DNA of 64,000 nt from Candidatus Latescibacterota bacterium (GCA_964291625.2 OZ220090.1:672001-736000), one strand, 5' to 3'. Counted from the first letter of the stretch, positions 31,315 to 40,890 are shown. Notes: generated by a model from the letters alone, not told the origin. Program-made: numbers and translations.

Positions 31315-34090
31315 CGTCCACCGATCGAAAGTCGGTCCGCCGCGAGGCGTCGAGCCGAAAGACGAAGAACCCCCCCAGGCCGATGCGGGCGCCCAGGCCG
31401 AAGCTGCCCTTCCAGTCCCCGAAGCGGTCGTTCCAGGCATTGCCGGCGTCTGCGAAGAGGGCGCCCCTCAGAGCGGAGAAGGCGATGCTGCCAAAGGGGA
31501 AACCGAGGACGAAGCGATCGAGCAGGGGATAGCGGAGCTCGTGGTTCAGCAGCACGAGGTTGCGCCCCCACAGGGACCGGAATCCGTATCCCCGCAAGGT
31601 CCAGCTGCCGCCCAGGGACCCGAACTCGGGCACGTCCCCGCGGCTGTGACGACCCATGTAACGCACCGCCAGGCAGGTGCGCCGGGTGAGGCGCAGGTAG
31701 TGGCGGTAGTCGCCGTAGAGGGTGGTGTTGAAGGGGCGCGAGCTGCGGACGTCGATCGTCTGGCCGGCGCCGACGCTGAAGCGTGACCCCTCCATCGGGC
31801 CCGTGGGGATCCACAGGCTGTTGTCGTGGGTGAAGGTCAGGTGGTTCGACATGAGCCACCCCGTGAGCCGGCGGCCCTCGAACTGACGGTCGATGTCGGC
31901 GTGACGGGCGGTGAGCCGGAAATCGACGCGGTCGTGGCGGTTGAAGGGGTAGCTCAGCTCCGCCCACCCGCCGGTGCGCTTCTCGCGCACGGCCCGCCCG
32001 AAGCGGCCGCTGAGGCGGTCGTTCAGGTGGAACAGGCCCCAGTCGACGTTGAGCTGACGGGCCAGGTGCTGACGGCCGAGGAGGAAGTTGAGCCCGTCGA
32101 GGATACCGCTCCGGGAGCCGGAGATGTGGGACAGGACGAAGTAGTAGCGCTCGTCGCCGAGGACGTCGCTCAGTCCTACCTGCACGCCGCCGGAAGTGCC
32201 GAAGACGGGGTCCTGGGAGATCTGGCTCTGGGCCACGTCGAGAGACAGCCGGCGCTTGTAGGTGCGGCCGCTGACCGCCGTCCGGTCCGGCAGTCCCGCC
32301 AGGGTCCAGGGGTCCGACCCCGCCGGGGGAAGGGCGGTGGAGTCGGTGGCGGCGGGGTCCGGCCGCAGGCGGTAGAGCTGGAACCCCCCGGCCTCGAACC
32401 CGGTGAGCAGCAACTCCTCCCCGTCCGGCATCCAGGCGGGATCGAAGAGGCCCGTCAAGGTGCGCGTCAGCCGCCGCCGGCCCACCGGCTCCATCACTCC
32501 GGCGGAGTCGCGCAAGGTCAGGGTGTGGAGGTCGAAGTATCCGCTGCGGTCGGAGCTGAAGGCGAGCCTCTCCCCGTCCGGGGACCAGGCCGGCTGCAGG
32601 TCCCGGTGCTCACCCGAGGTCAGCGGCTTCACACGGCCGCTGCCGAGATCGAGGGTGAAGAGGTGCTGCCAGCCGCCGTCCTCCGGGGCCGAGGCCCGGT
32701 CGGAGCTGAAGGCCAGCAGGTCGAGCCGGGGGTGCCAGTCGGGGTCGCTGTCGAGGCACGGGTCGTCGGTCAGCTCGGTCAGGGCACCGGTGGCGAGATC
32801 GAGCACAAAGAGGTCGGTGGAGCCGCCGCGGCGGGCTCCGGAGAAGGCGATCCGGCCGCCCCGGGGAGACCAGGTCGGCGACGACAGGGCCACCACCTCC
32901 TCGAAGGAGAACCGCTGCCGGCGCCGGCCCTGCTCCAGGTCCCACAGGATCAGGTGGTCGCGGCCGTTGCGCTTGGCCACGAAGGCCAGCACCCCGCCGT
33001 CGGGCGACACGTCGAGACTGGTGCGCAGAGGATGGAGGGACTCGTACTCGGGCTCGCGCTCGCCGGCCATCACCAGGCGGTGCCCGCCGCCGCCGACGCG
33101 GGACCGGGCGATGGTAGTGTAGCCCTGGTCGTTGCGGAAGAACACGCAGGAGACGGAATCGGCCGGCAGTTGGCGGCCGGAGGGCGGGGGGATGACCGCC
33201 GCCTTGAGATTGTAGCCGGTGCGCGTGAGCGGGTCCGCCAGGTGCCCCGGAGGGTCGCCCTCCTCGATATCGGGCAGGTAGTCCTTCTGCATGCGGTAGA
33301 CCCAGGCCGCGTCGAGATCGGCCAGACTCTCGCCGGTGGTGGCCTCGAGGACGCGGCCGAAGTCGTCCCCGCGCCACCAGTTGTCCAGCAGCCGGGCGAA
33401 GATGTCCTCGCCGTAGCGCTCGGCCATGAGGTGGCAGATCGACTCGCCTTCCTTGTACATCTGGTAGGTGCCGTGGATACGATGCATCCGGGCGATCGGG
33501 GCGAGGCGGCCGCTGAACATGGCGTCGCGCAGGATCATGTGGGCATAGCTGTCCTGCGGGCCGGAGAGATACTCGGCGAGCCCCTCGGAGAACCAGAGCG
33601 GCCCGAACCAGACGTCCGCGGCGCCGCGGTCGCGCAGGACCGTGCGGATGCGGTCGAACATGAAGACGTGGACCAGCTCGTGATGCAGGACGCGCTCGAA
33701 GTCGGGGTAGGAGCCGCTCAGGGGAAGGGCCACCCGCCCCTTGAGGAACTCCGTGAAACCGGCCACCCCCTCCGGGAGCAGGCCCGGCATGATGTTGGTC
33801 TGCTCGAAGTAGACGTGGGAGGAGTAGACGATGAGCGGCACCCGGCGGCGCACGGTGTGGGCGAGGCGGCGCTCCAGCTCTCGGAAGCCCTCCTCCGCCA
33901 TGCGCGCCGCGATCGACGCCAGCTCCTCCTCCTCCGGATAGAAGTAGACGTCGAAGTGGGCGGTCTCCATGCGCTGCCAGGCCAACTCCTCGTGCTGGAC
34001 CTTGTTCTTGCCGAAGCGGTAGGGCTGGGCCCCGGCCGTTGCGGCCGCGAGGAGGATCCACGCCAGCAGCGCCGGGAGAGCACGGGACAC
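31274..34090 (-). CDS. Omp85/BamA-TamA family outer membrane protein with N-terminal peptidase MA-like and PD40/TolB-like domains
   Basis: Signal peptide, FGKNKVQ, HELVH and WFSEGLAEY, PTWSPRG/PAWSPDG repeats, LGG..TLRGY, ELRYP, FADAGNAW, aromatic C-terminus GWDY. Confidence 0.88.
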   Translation of the reverse strand: MSRALPALLAWILLAAATAGAQPYRFGKNKVQHEELAWQRMETAHFDVYFYPEEEELASIAARMAEEGFRELERRLAHTVRRRVPLIVYSSHVYFEQTNIMPGLLPEGVAGFTEFLKGRVALPLSGSYPDFERVLHHELVHVFMFDRIRTVLRDRGAADVWFGPLWFSEGLAEYLSGPQDSYAHMILRDAMFSGRLAPIARMHRIHGTYQMYKEGESICHLMAERYGEDIFARLLDNWWRGDDFGRVLEATTGESLADLDAAWVYRMQKDYLPDIEEGDPPGHLADPLTRTGYNLKAAVIPPPSGRQLPADSVSCVFFRNDQGYTTIARSRVGGGGHRLVMAGEREPEYESLHPLRTSLDVSPDGGVLAFVAKRNGRDHLILWDLEQGRRRQRFSFEEVVALSSPTWSPRGGRIAFSGARRGGSTDLFVLDLATGALTELTDDPCLDSDPDWHPRLDLLAFSSDRASAPEDGGWQHLFTLDLGSGRVKPLTSGEHRDLQPAWSPDGERLAFSSDRSGYFDLHTLTLRDSAGVMEPVGRRRLTRTLTGLFDPAWMPDGEELLLTGFEAGGFQLYRLRPDPAATDSTALPPAGSDPWTLAGLPDRTAVSGRTYKRRLSLDVAQSQISQDPVFGTSGGVQVGLSDVLGDERYYFVLSHISGSRSGILDGLNFLLGRQHLARQLNVDWGLFHLNDRLSGRFGRAVREKRTGGWAELSYPFNRHDRVDFRLTARHADIDRQFEGRRLTGWLMSNHLTFTHDNSLWIPTGPMEGSRFSVGAGQTIDVRSSRPFNTTLYGDYRHYLRLTRRTCLAVRYMGRHSRGDVPEFGSLGGSWTLRGYGFRSLWGRNLVLLNHELRYPLLDRFVLGFPFGSIAFSALRGALFADAGNAWNDRFGDWKGSFGLGARIGLGGFFVFRLDASRRTDFRSVDGDTRWDFFFGWDY

Positions 34091-34092
34091 GG

Positions 34093-35169
34093 TCAGCTCC
34101 CCTGCAGGTAGCCGCCGAAGGCGCCGCCCCTGGCCAGGGGACGGCGCAGGCGGATGTGCCGTCCCGCCTCGACGCCGTGGTCGAAGGCCTCGCTGGCAGC
34201 CACCCCCGAGGACCTGCGGGTGACGACGCGCGGATTGTGGTACCGGTACCAGGCCTGGAGACGGGCGTCCCCCTGCCACACGAGCTCGCCGGTGGTGGCG
34301 CGCGCGCTGCGGCTGTGCTCCTTGCGTTCGAGCTGCTCGTGGAAGCCCTGCAGCAGGCCGGTCCAGTAGCCCATCCGCTCGCGGTTGCCCGTGAGGCTCC
34401 GCCAGCGGCGGTAGTCGTCCCACAGGGAGCGCAGCACCTGCGACAGGTATGTGTGCACGTACTCGGCCATGTCCACGTTCGCCGGGGTGCCGTAGACCTC
34501 CAGCACCGTGCCCTCCATGTCGCGGTGGGCGGCGTAGCTGCGCGCCCACAGGACCTCGACGAAGAAGAAGTCGTTGAGGATCATGGCCAACCACAGCTCC
34601 CAGGAGGCATGGCGGCCCTTGACCGGACCCAGCCGCCGGCGGGTGAATGAGCGCTCGCCGTCGGCCTCCACGAGGTCGACGTTGTACTTGAGCAGCAGCC
34701 GGCGGGCCTTCTCCATGGCCGCCCGCGCCTCGTTCTCGTTGGCCGATCCCGACAGGGAGAGCAGCTTCTTCACGCGGGACACGACGCCTGCCTCGGCGGC
34801 CTCCGGCCCCCCGCGGGTCCGCGAGCTCGCCCGGGGCTCGCAGCGCAGGCGCCGGCAGGCCTCGCGGAAAGCCGGCCCGTGAGGCGGCTCTTCGCCGGCT
34901 CGCAGAACCTCGCCGGCGTACTGGTGAGCCATCTCGTGGCGCAGGGTCTCCATCACCTCGCCCCAGGGGTCGTCGAGGATGTGGCGGCGGCTGATGGTGA
35001 TCGTGCGCAGCACCGGGTCCCACGAGCCGAGCCGGCCGACGCCTTCGCCGAGACGGATCTGGGGGCGGCGCAGGGCCCGGCGCAGGTACTCGTGATCGTA
35101 GTGCTCCCACCATCGGTAGAGGGCGCGGACCCAGGCGCCGTTCAAGTCCCGGGGAGCGGAGACGGACAT
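34093..35169 (-). CDS. SprT-like zinc metalloprotease fused to a DUF2786-like domain
   Basis: TLRHEMAHQ...PHG..F (SprT-type zincin); RVKKLLSLS.S.NENEA.AA..KA..LL.KYN (DUF2786). Confidence 0.82.
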   Translation of the reverse strand: MSVSAPRDLNGAWVRALYRWWEHYDHEYLRRALRRPQIRLGEGVGRLGSWDPVLRTITISRRHILDDPWGEVMETLRHEMAHQYAGEVLRAGEEPPHGPAFREACRRLRCEPRASSRTRGGPEAAEAGVVSRVKKLLSLSGSANENEARAAMEKARRLLLKYNVDLVEADGERSFTRRRLGPVKGRHASWELWLAMILNDFFFVEVLWARSYAAHRDMEGTVLEVYGTPANVDMAEYVHTYLSQVLRSLWDDYRRWRSLTGNRERMGYWTGLLQGFHEQLERKEHSRSARATTGELVWQGDARLQAWYRYHNPRVVTRRSSGVAASEAFDHGVEAGRHIRLRRPLARGGAFGGYLQGS

Positions 35170-35233
35170 GAGAGGGCGGTCTCGCCGGCCGGTGCTCAGT
35201 GCCGGGAGCCGCGGGCTCCGGCGCCGAGGACCG

Positions 35234-36103
35234 TCATCGCAGGCTCTCGACGAAAGCCGGAGCCAGGCGGCCGCTGGCCACTTCTTCCACGGCTCCCCTC
35301 ATGGTCAGGCCGAAGCCCTGGTCCACGTCGATGTGGAGGGTGCCGCCCTCGGCCTCCACGGCCACCGGCGCCTTCACCAGACCCAGGCGGACCGCCGCGG
35401 CGCCGGCGGCGCAGGCGGAGGAGCCCGAGGCCAGAGTCTCGCCGGCGCCGCGCTCCCAGATGAGGATATGGAGCGTGTTGGGGCCGATGGGGGTGGCCAG
35501 TTGGACGTTGGTCCGGCGCGGGAAGATCTCGTGGTTCTCGAGGGCGGGTCCCAGGGTGAGCAGCTCCTCCCGCGTCCAGGGCTGCCCGGGGCCGCGGAAC
35601 AGGACGCAGTGCGGATTGCCGACGCTGACCCCCGTGAAGCGCAGCTCGCGGCCGGCGGCCGTCACCGGCTGCTCGATGAGCTCCTCCGCCCCCAGGCTGC
35701 AGGGCAGGTCCGAGGGACGGAAGGTGGCGGTCCCCATCTCCACCGTGGCGGCGTTGGCGTACCCGGAGCCGTCGACGTGCAGCTCGATGGCCACCCGCCC
35801 GCCCCGGGTCTCCACCGTGAAGCGGCGGCGGCGCGTGCGGCGCGTGGCGTGGAGATAGCGGGCGAAGATGCGCAGCCCGTTGCCCGACTTCTCGGCCTCC
35901 GAGCCGTCGGGGTTGTAGATGCGCACGCCGAAGTCGGCTGTCCGCGACGACGCCAGGGCGAGGATGCCGTCGCTGCCGACGCCCCGGTGGCGGTCGCAGA
36001 TCGCCCGGATCCGCCGCGGCGTGAGGGAGACATCGAGCTCGGCCGGATCCAGGGCGATATAGTCGTTGCCCAGGCCGTGGCCCTTGAAGAAGCCGTTCCT
36101 CAT
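35234..36103 (-). CDS. dapF: diaminopimelate epimerase with Ser/Ser active site
   Basis: KGHGLGNDY, RHRGVGSDG, NPDGSEAEKSGNGLR, GNPHC, FP.RTNV, WERGAGETLASGSS. Confidence 0.9.
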   Translation of the reverse strand: MRNGFFKGHGLGNDYIALDPAELDVSLTPRRIRAICDRHRGVGSDGILALASSRTADFGVRIYNPDGSEAEKSGNGLRIFARYLHATRRTRRRRFTVETRGGRVAIELHVDGSGYANAATVEMGTATFRPSDLPCSLGAEELIEQPVTAAGRELRFTGVSVGNPHCVLFRGPGQPWTREELLTLGPALENHEIFPRRTNVQLATPIGPNTLHILIWERGAGETLASGSSACAAGAAAVRLGLVKAPVAVEAEGGTLHIDVDQGFGLTMRGAVEEVASGRLAPAFVESLR

Positions 36104-36125
36104 CCTCAGCCGGCCCGACGACGCC

Positions 36126-36773
36126 TCAGAAGCGCAGTCTCAACTCGGCCAGCCGAAGGGGGCGGTCCCTCGCCGCGGACTGGTCGAGGAGCGGCTCGGG
36201 CTCCCGCGCCTGGTGGACGGCGTTGGCCGCCCGCACCTGGTCCCGCAGGTGGAGCAGGGAGGCGACCTTGGTCCAGGCGAGCAGGGGGATCCAGCCCGCC
36301 GCTCCGCTCCGCCCGGTGGCCCACGCCGTACCTCCGGCGATGGCCGTGACCCCGATCATGGCGTACCCCTGGCCGAACTCGCCGGCGTAGAAGTAGCCGA
36401 ACCCCGGCAGCACGGCCTCGATGGCGAGGGCGAGACCCGTCCACTTCGGCGGCCGGTACGGCGCCATCTGCCGAGGGATCCGGTGGACGCCGATCTCGCG
36501 GGCCGAGCGGATGTGGGCCAGCGGATAGGCGGCGGTGCGAATCTGCAGGGGGCCGATGACCTCCTGCACGCTCACCGTGTCGGCGCCCAGAGCCTGCACG
36601 CGGACCTGCCGCATGGCCCCGGCATCGAGGGTGATCTCCCCCCAGAGCCCCTCGCTCTGCAGCCGCTCCAGGACCGGACGCACCTCGTCCTCCCCGAAGG
36701 CCGCCGGGACGCCGAGGGCGAGGGCCAGGAGGCCGCCGAGGATCGCGGATCGAATCTCTTCCATTCCGTTCAT
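36126..36773 (-). CDS. hypothetical exported/membrane protein
   Basis: GGAGG SD, signal peptide, AVLPGFGYFYAG motif, hydrophobic hairpins, C-terminal LRLRF. Confidence 0.65.
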   Translation of the reverse strand: MNGMEEIRSAILGGLLALALGVPAAFGEDEVRPVLERLQSEGLWGEITLDAGAMRQVRVQALGADTVSVQEVIGPLQIRTAAYPLAHIRSAREIGVHRIPRQMAPYRPPKWTGLALAIEAVLPGFGYFYAGEFGQGYAMIGVTAIAGGTAWATGRSGAAGWIPLLAWTKVASLLHLRDQVRAANAVHQAREPEPLLDQSAARDRPLRLAELRLRF

Positions 36774-36907
36774 ATAGCCTCCCTTTTCCATCATTCGAGT
36801 TTACGGGCTGCCCCGCGAAGGGTGCAAATCCAGGCCCGCCTCCCGACGGTTCCGCATGGCCCGCGACCGGCTGTCTCCCCCTCCCGCCCCTGCCTATCTT
36901 GCCCCGG

Positions 36908-38662
36908 ATGGAGGATTCCGGCAGCGCCAGCCCCCCCGACAACGGCCGCATCGTCCGCTTCCTCAAGCGCCAGGCGGCGCTCATGGAGCTGGCGGGGCTC
37001 AACGCCTTCCGCGTGCGCGCCTTCGACAACGCGGCGCGCCTGCTCGAGGAGTTGGAGGTCGACATCGCCGAGATGTCGGACGCCGGCACCCTCACCGGGA
37101 TCGACGGCATCGGCAAGGGGGTGGCGGCCTTCATCGCGGAGTACATCGACCGCGGCACGACAGGGGCCTACGAGGCGCTCACCGAGGAGGTCCCGGAGAC
37201 GCTCCTCGACCTCCTGCGCATCCCCGGCCTGGGCCAGAAGAAGGTGAAGGCCCTGTACGAAACCCTCGGTATCACCACCCTGGGGGAGCTGGAAGCCGCC
37301 TGCCGCGATGGCCGGCTGCGGGAGTTGCCGGGCTTCGGCGAGCGCAGCCAGGAGAACCTCCTCCGGGCCATCGAGGGGCTGGGCCGGTTCCGGGGCCGCT
37401 ATCGCTACGACCAGGCCCTGGCCGACGCCCGGGGCCTGCTGCGGGCGCTGCAGGCCCATCCGCGAACGATCCGGGCAAGCCTCGCCGGCAGCCTGCGCCG
37501 CCGGCGGGAGGTGGTGAAGGACATCGACATCGTCCTCAGCACGGACGCCCCCGGCGAGGTGGGCGCCCTCTTCGCGGGGCGGCCCGGCGTGGTCGAGGTG
37601 ATCTCCCGGGGGGAGCGCAAGATCTCCGTGCGCCTCGAGAGCGGCCTGCAGGCCGACCTGCGGCTCGTCGACGACGCCCGCTTCCCCTCCCTCCTGCACC
37701 ACTTCACCGGCAGCCGGGACCACAACGTGGCCATGCGGTCCCGCGCCCTGGACCGCGGCATGCATCTCAACGAGTACGGCCTCTTCCAGGGACGGGAGGG
37801 CGACGGCGATCCCGTCCCCTGCGAGGACGAGGCCGACCTCTTCCGGGCCCTCGGCCTCGGCTACGTGCCGCCGGAGCTGCGGGAGGGCCTCGGCGAGGTG
37901 GAAGCGGCGGCGGCCGGAGAGCTGCCGCGCCTGCTGAAGGCAGAGGACGTGCGAGGCATGCTGCACGTCCACACGCGCGCCTCCGACGGCGTCGATACCC
38001 TGGAGGAGATGGTCGACGCCGCGCGCCGTCGAGGCCACGAGTACGTCGCCATCTGCGATCACTCGAAGTCAGCCGGCTACGTCTACGGCATGAAGGAAGC
38101 CGACGTGGAGATCCAGCATCGCGAGATCGACGCCCTGCAGGCGGAGCGGCCGGACATCTCCATCCTCAAGGGCATCGAATCCGAGGTGCGAAAGGACGGC
38201 TCCCTGGACTACGACGACGACTTCCTCGAACGCTTCGATCTCGTCGTGGCGGCGGTGCACGACCCCATGGGCCTGGAGGAAGCCGACCTGACCCGCCGAG
38301 TGGTGCGGGCGGTGGAACAGCCGGCCACCTCGGTCCTCGCCCACCCCAGCGGCCGGATCCTGCTGGAGCGCGACGGCTTCCCTTTCGACATGGAGGAGGT
38401 CCTGGCCGCCGCGGCCGCCCACGGCGTGGCCCTGGAGTTGAACGCCCATCCCGCCCGCCTCGATCTCGACTGGCGCTGGCTGCGCCGGGCCCGCCAGCTC
38501 GGCGCGCCCATCGCCGTCAACACCGACGCCCACCGGATCGCCGACCTCGACAACCTCGACCTCGGCATCGGCATCGCCCGCAAGGGCTGGCTCACGGCAG
38601 CGGACGTCATCAACGCCCGGTCCGTCGACGACCTGCGCAGCTGGGCCCGGCGCAGGGACTGA
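36908..38662 (+). CDS. polX: DNA polymerase X / PHP 3'-5' exonuclease
   Basis: GIGKG HhH, IPGLGQKK, AGSLRR, KDIDI, QADLR, HFTGS, LNEYGLF, PPELRE; PHP ligands HVH, DH, E, H, AHP, NTDAH. Confidence 0.95.
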   Translation: MEDSGSASPPDNGRIVRFLKRQAALMELAGLNAFRVRAFDNAARLLEELEVDIAEMSDAGTLTGIDGIGKGVAAFIAEYIDRGTTGAYEALTEEVPETLLDLLRIPGLGQKKVKALYETLGITTLGELEAACRDGRLRELPGFGERSQENLLRAIEGLGRFRGRYRYDQALADARGLLRALQAHPRTIRASLAGSLRRRREVVKDIDIVLSTDAPGEVGALFAGRPGVVEVISRGERKISVRLESGLQADLRLVDDARFPSLLHHFTGSRDHNVAMRSRALDRGMHLNEYGLFQGREGDGDPVPCEDEADLFRALGLGYVPPELREGLGEVEAAAAGELPRLLKAEDVRGMLHVHTRASDGVDTLEEMVDAARRRGHEYVAICDHSKSAGYVYGMKEADVEIQHREIDALQAERPDISILKGIESEVRKDGSLDYDDDFLERFDLVVAAVHDPMGLEEADLTRRVVRAVEQPATSVLAHPSGRILLERDGFPFDMEEVLAAAAAHGVALELNAHPARLDLDWRWLRRARQLGAPIAVNTDAHRIADLDNLDLGIGIARKGWLTAADVINARSVDDLRSWARRRD

Positions 38663-38754
38663 GGGGCCATGAACCCCGGGGGGCGAGGCTGGCCTGGGCA
38701 GAACCTCGCCTGCGACCCCGCCCAGGCGGCCCCGCGAAGCCGCACCGCACGCCG

Positions 38755-39645
38755 TCACTCCACGGCCCCCGGAGACCTCTTCAGCCACGAAGGCAGGCGA
38801 ATGCCCTCCGACAGGCGCCAGGCCGTCAGGTAGAGGCTGGCGGTGAAGGCCACGGCCAACCGGCCCCTCTCCTCGGCGAAGGCCCGGGCCGGCTCACTCA
38901 CCGGGTCGAGACCGCCGGCCAACTCGTAGACCCGGTCCACCTGCCCGTTGCTCTCCAGGACCTGGTCCCGCACGGCGGCGAACAGCTCCCCCTCCAAGGG
39001 GGCCGCCTCCACCCCCTCCGCCAGCTCCGCGGCGGTCAGGCCGATGCGCTCGATGAGGGAATCCACCTTCTCGTGGATGCCGGCGCCGGTCCGCGAGCCG
39101 TCCTCGCCGACGCGGCCGTTGTAGTGGATGGTGGCGTGCAGAGGCTGGACGATGTCCTCGGCGTAGTGGGCGAGGAAGCCGGCGTAGACCAGGCACTTGG
39201 CCTGGATCACCCCGTTCTGCGGCCACTTGCGGTGCTCGGCGAAGGCCACTGCGAGGCGCTCGACGTACTCGGTGATGGCGTACGGGGCGAACCCGGCTTC
39301 CTCGGGTGCGATGCCCAGGGTGTGGCAAAGGGCGATGAAGTCGTAGCGCTGGTCGGGCAGCTCCTCTCCCTGCAGGAGCTCGATGTCGGCGAAGTGCTCG
39401 GGATGCTCGCCGTGGCGGACGTGCGGGGCCCGGCGGTTCTTGGCGACGTCGGGGTCGAAGGAGATGTGCGCCGCCGTCTCGGCCCCGTCGCGGAAGAAGG
39501 CGGGCACCTCCTGGGGCAGGGCCTGAACCGCCGCCCGGGTCAGCAGGCCGTGGGTGTCTCCCCACCAGGCCGCAGCCGGCTGCGCCAGGGCCAGGACGGC
39601 CAGGGTCACACCCGCCGGCAGCCGGAACCCGCGCCGCGTTGACAC
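38755..39645 (-). CDS. secreted S1/P1 nuclease / Zn-dependent phospholipase C-like protein
   Basis: Signal peptide ending AAA|WWGDTH, PD, HFAD, HYAEDIVQPLH, IHEKVD; start uncertain. Confidence 0.8.
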   Translation of the reverse strand: MSTRRGFRLPAGVTLAVLALAQPAAAWWGDTHGLLTRAAVQALPQEVPAFFRDGAETAAHISFDPDVAKNRRAPHVRHGEHPEHFADIELLQGEELPDQRYDFIALCHTLGIAPEEAGFAPYAITEYVERLAVAFAEHRKWPQNGVIQAKCLVYAGFLAHYAEDIVQPLHATIHYNGRVGEDGSRTGAGIHEKVDSLIERIGLTAAELAEGVEAAPLEGELFAAVRDQVLESNGQVDRVYELAGGLDPVSEPARAFAEERGRLAVAFTASLYLTAWRLSEGIRLPSWLKRSPGAVE

Positions 39646-39666
39646 CCCTGGAGGGCTCCATATAGT
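39639..39666 (+). promoter_or_regulatory. putative sigma70 promoter of the peroxiredoxin
   Basis: TTGACA-16 nt-TATAGT; the spacer contains the inverted repeat TGGAG-gg-CTCCA. Confidence 0.55.
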
Positions 39667-39742
39667 AGATTCCATCGTATCTGCTTCACCCTTCCGGCCG
39701 CCGAAACCGCGGCCATCCCTTCTGCCAGAGGAGTTACGGACC

Positions 39743-40378
39743 ATGGCGATCCGATTGGGCGATGAAGCGCCCGACTTCACAGCCGAGACCACGGAAGGAA
39801 CGATCTCCTTCCACGAGTGGATCGGGGACGGCTGGGCCGTCCTGTTCTCCCATCCCGCCGACTTCACCCCGGTGTGCACCACCGAACTGGGCACGGTGGC
39901 CAAGCTCAAGTCCGAGTTCGAGAAGCGCAACGTGAAGATCATCGCCCTGAGCGTCGATCCCGTCGATGCCCACGACCGCTGGATCGGGGACATCAACGAG
40001 ACCCAGAACACGACTGTCAACTTTCCCCTGATCGCCGATCCGGAACGGAAGGTCTCCGACCTCTACGACATGATCCATCCGAACGCGCTCGACAACCTGA
40101 CGGTGCGCTCCGTCTTCGTCATCGGCCCCGACAAGAAGGTCAAACTCACCCTGACCTACCCGGCCTCGACGGGCCGCAACTTCGACGAAATCCTGCGGGT
40201 GATCGACTCCCTGCAGCTGACCGCCGAATACTCGGTGGCCACCCCGGCCAACTGGACCGACGGTGAGGACTGCATCGTCGTGCCGGCGGTCTCCGACGAG
40301 GATGCCAGGAACAGATTCCCGAAGGGCTTCGAGGCGGTGAAGCCGTATCTGAGGGTTACGCCCCAGCCGAACCGGTAG
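39743..40378 (+). CDS. 1-Cys peroxiredoxin (Prx6 family)
   Basis: FSHPADFTPVCTTE, LSVD, TVRSVF, YPASTGRNFDEILR, ATPANW; GAGGAG SD. Confidence 0.95.
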   Translation: MAIRLGDEAPDFTAETTEGTISFHEWIGDGWAVLFSHPADFTPVCTTELGTVAKLKSEFEKRNVKIIALSVDPVDAHDRWIGDINETQNTTVNFPLIADPERKVSDLYDMIHPNALDNLTVRSVFVIGPDKKVKLTLTYPASTGRNFDEILRVIDSLQLTAEYSVATPANWTDGEDCIVVPAVSDEDARNRFPKGFEAVKPYLRVTPQPNR

Positions 40379-40419
40379 CCCCACGGTCCCATCCGTCCCC
40401 GGAGCCGAAGGAGGCGGCC

Positions 40420-40890
40420 TCAGAACGGCAGCCCGTCGTCCTCCAGCGCTCCCGGGGAACGGGTGGCCGTCGCGCCGGGGTCCGCCTCCTCCTCCCGCCC
40501 GTACAGGAGATCGAGCTCTCCGGGGCCCCCGGCGCCGTCGACGAGGCGGAGATCGGTGACGACGATCTCAGTCACGCTGTGCCGGTGACCCTTGCCGTCC
40601 TCCCACTTGCGGGTCTGCAGGCGCCCCTCCACGTAGATCCGGACCCCCTTGCGCAGGTGTTGACTGGCGACCTCCGCCAGCCGGCGCCAGAGCACCAGGC
40701 GGTGCCACTCGGTGCGCCGCCGGCGGCCGCCCTTGCGGTCGATCCAGGACTCGTCGGTGGCGAGACTGGCGGTGGTCACCTGGGTCCCGGAGGGGGTGAA
40801 GCGGGTCTCCGGATCGTCGCCGAGGTTGCCAACGAGGGTTGCCTTGTTGAGGCACTTGCCCGGTGCCGGGCGCGGCAGGAGATCAGACAT
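40420..40890 (-). CDS. ssb: single-stranded DNA-binding protein
   Basis: LNKATLVGNLG.DPE.R, LATDE.W, TEWH, LRKG..IYVEGRLQTRKW, acidic tip DDGLPF. Confidence 0.93.
   Translation of the reverse strand: MSDLLPRPAPGKCLNKATLVGNLGDDPETRFTPSGTQVTTASLATDESWIDRKGGRRRRTEWHRLVLWRRLAEVASQHLRKGVRIYVEGRLQTRKWEDGKGHRHSVTEIVVTDLRLVDGAGGPGELDLLYGREEEADPGATATRSPGALEDDGLPF

Noticed and set aside
36908-38662. Possibility that PolX is an inactive variant
   Set aside because: The DxD and third Asp and the PHP metal ligands are all present; this is an ordinary PolX
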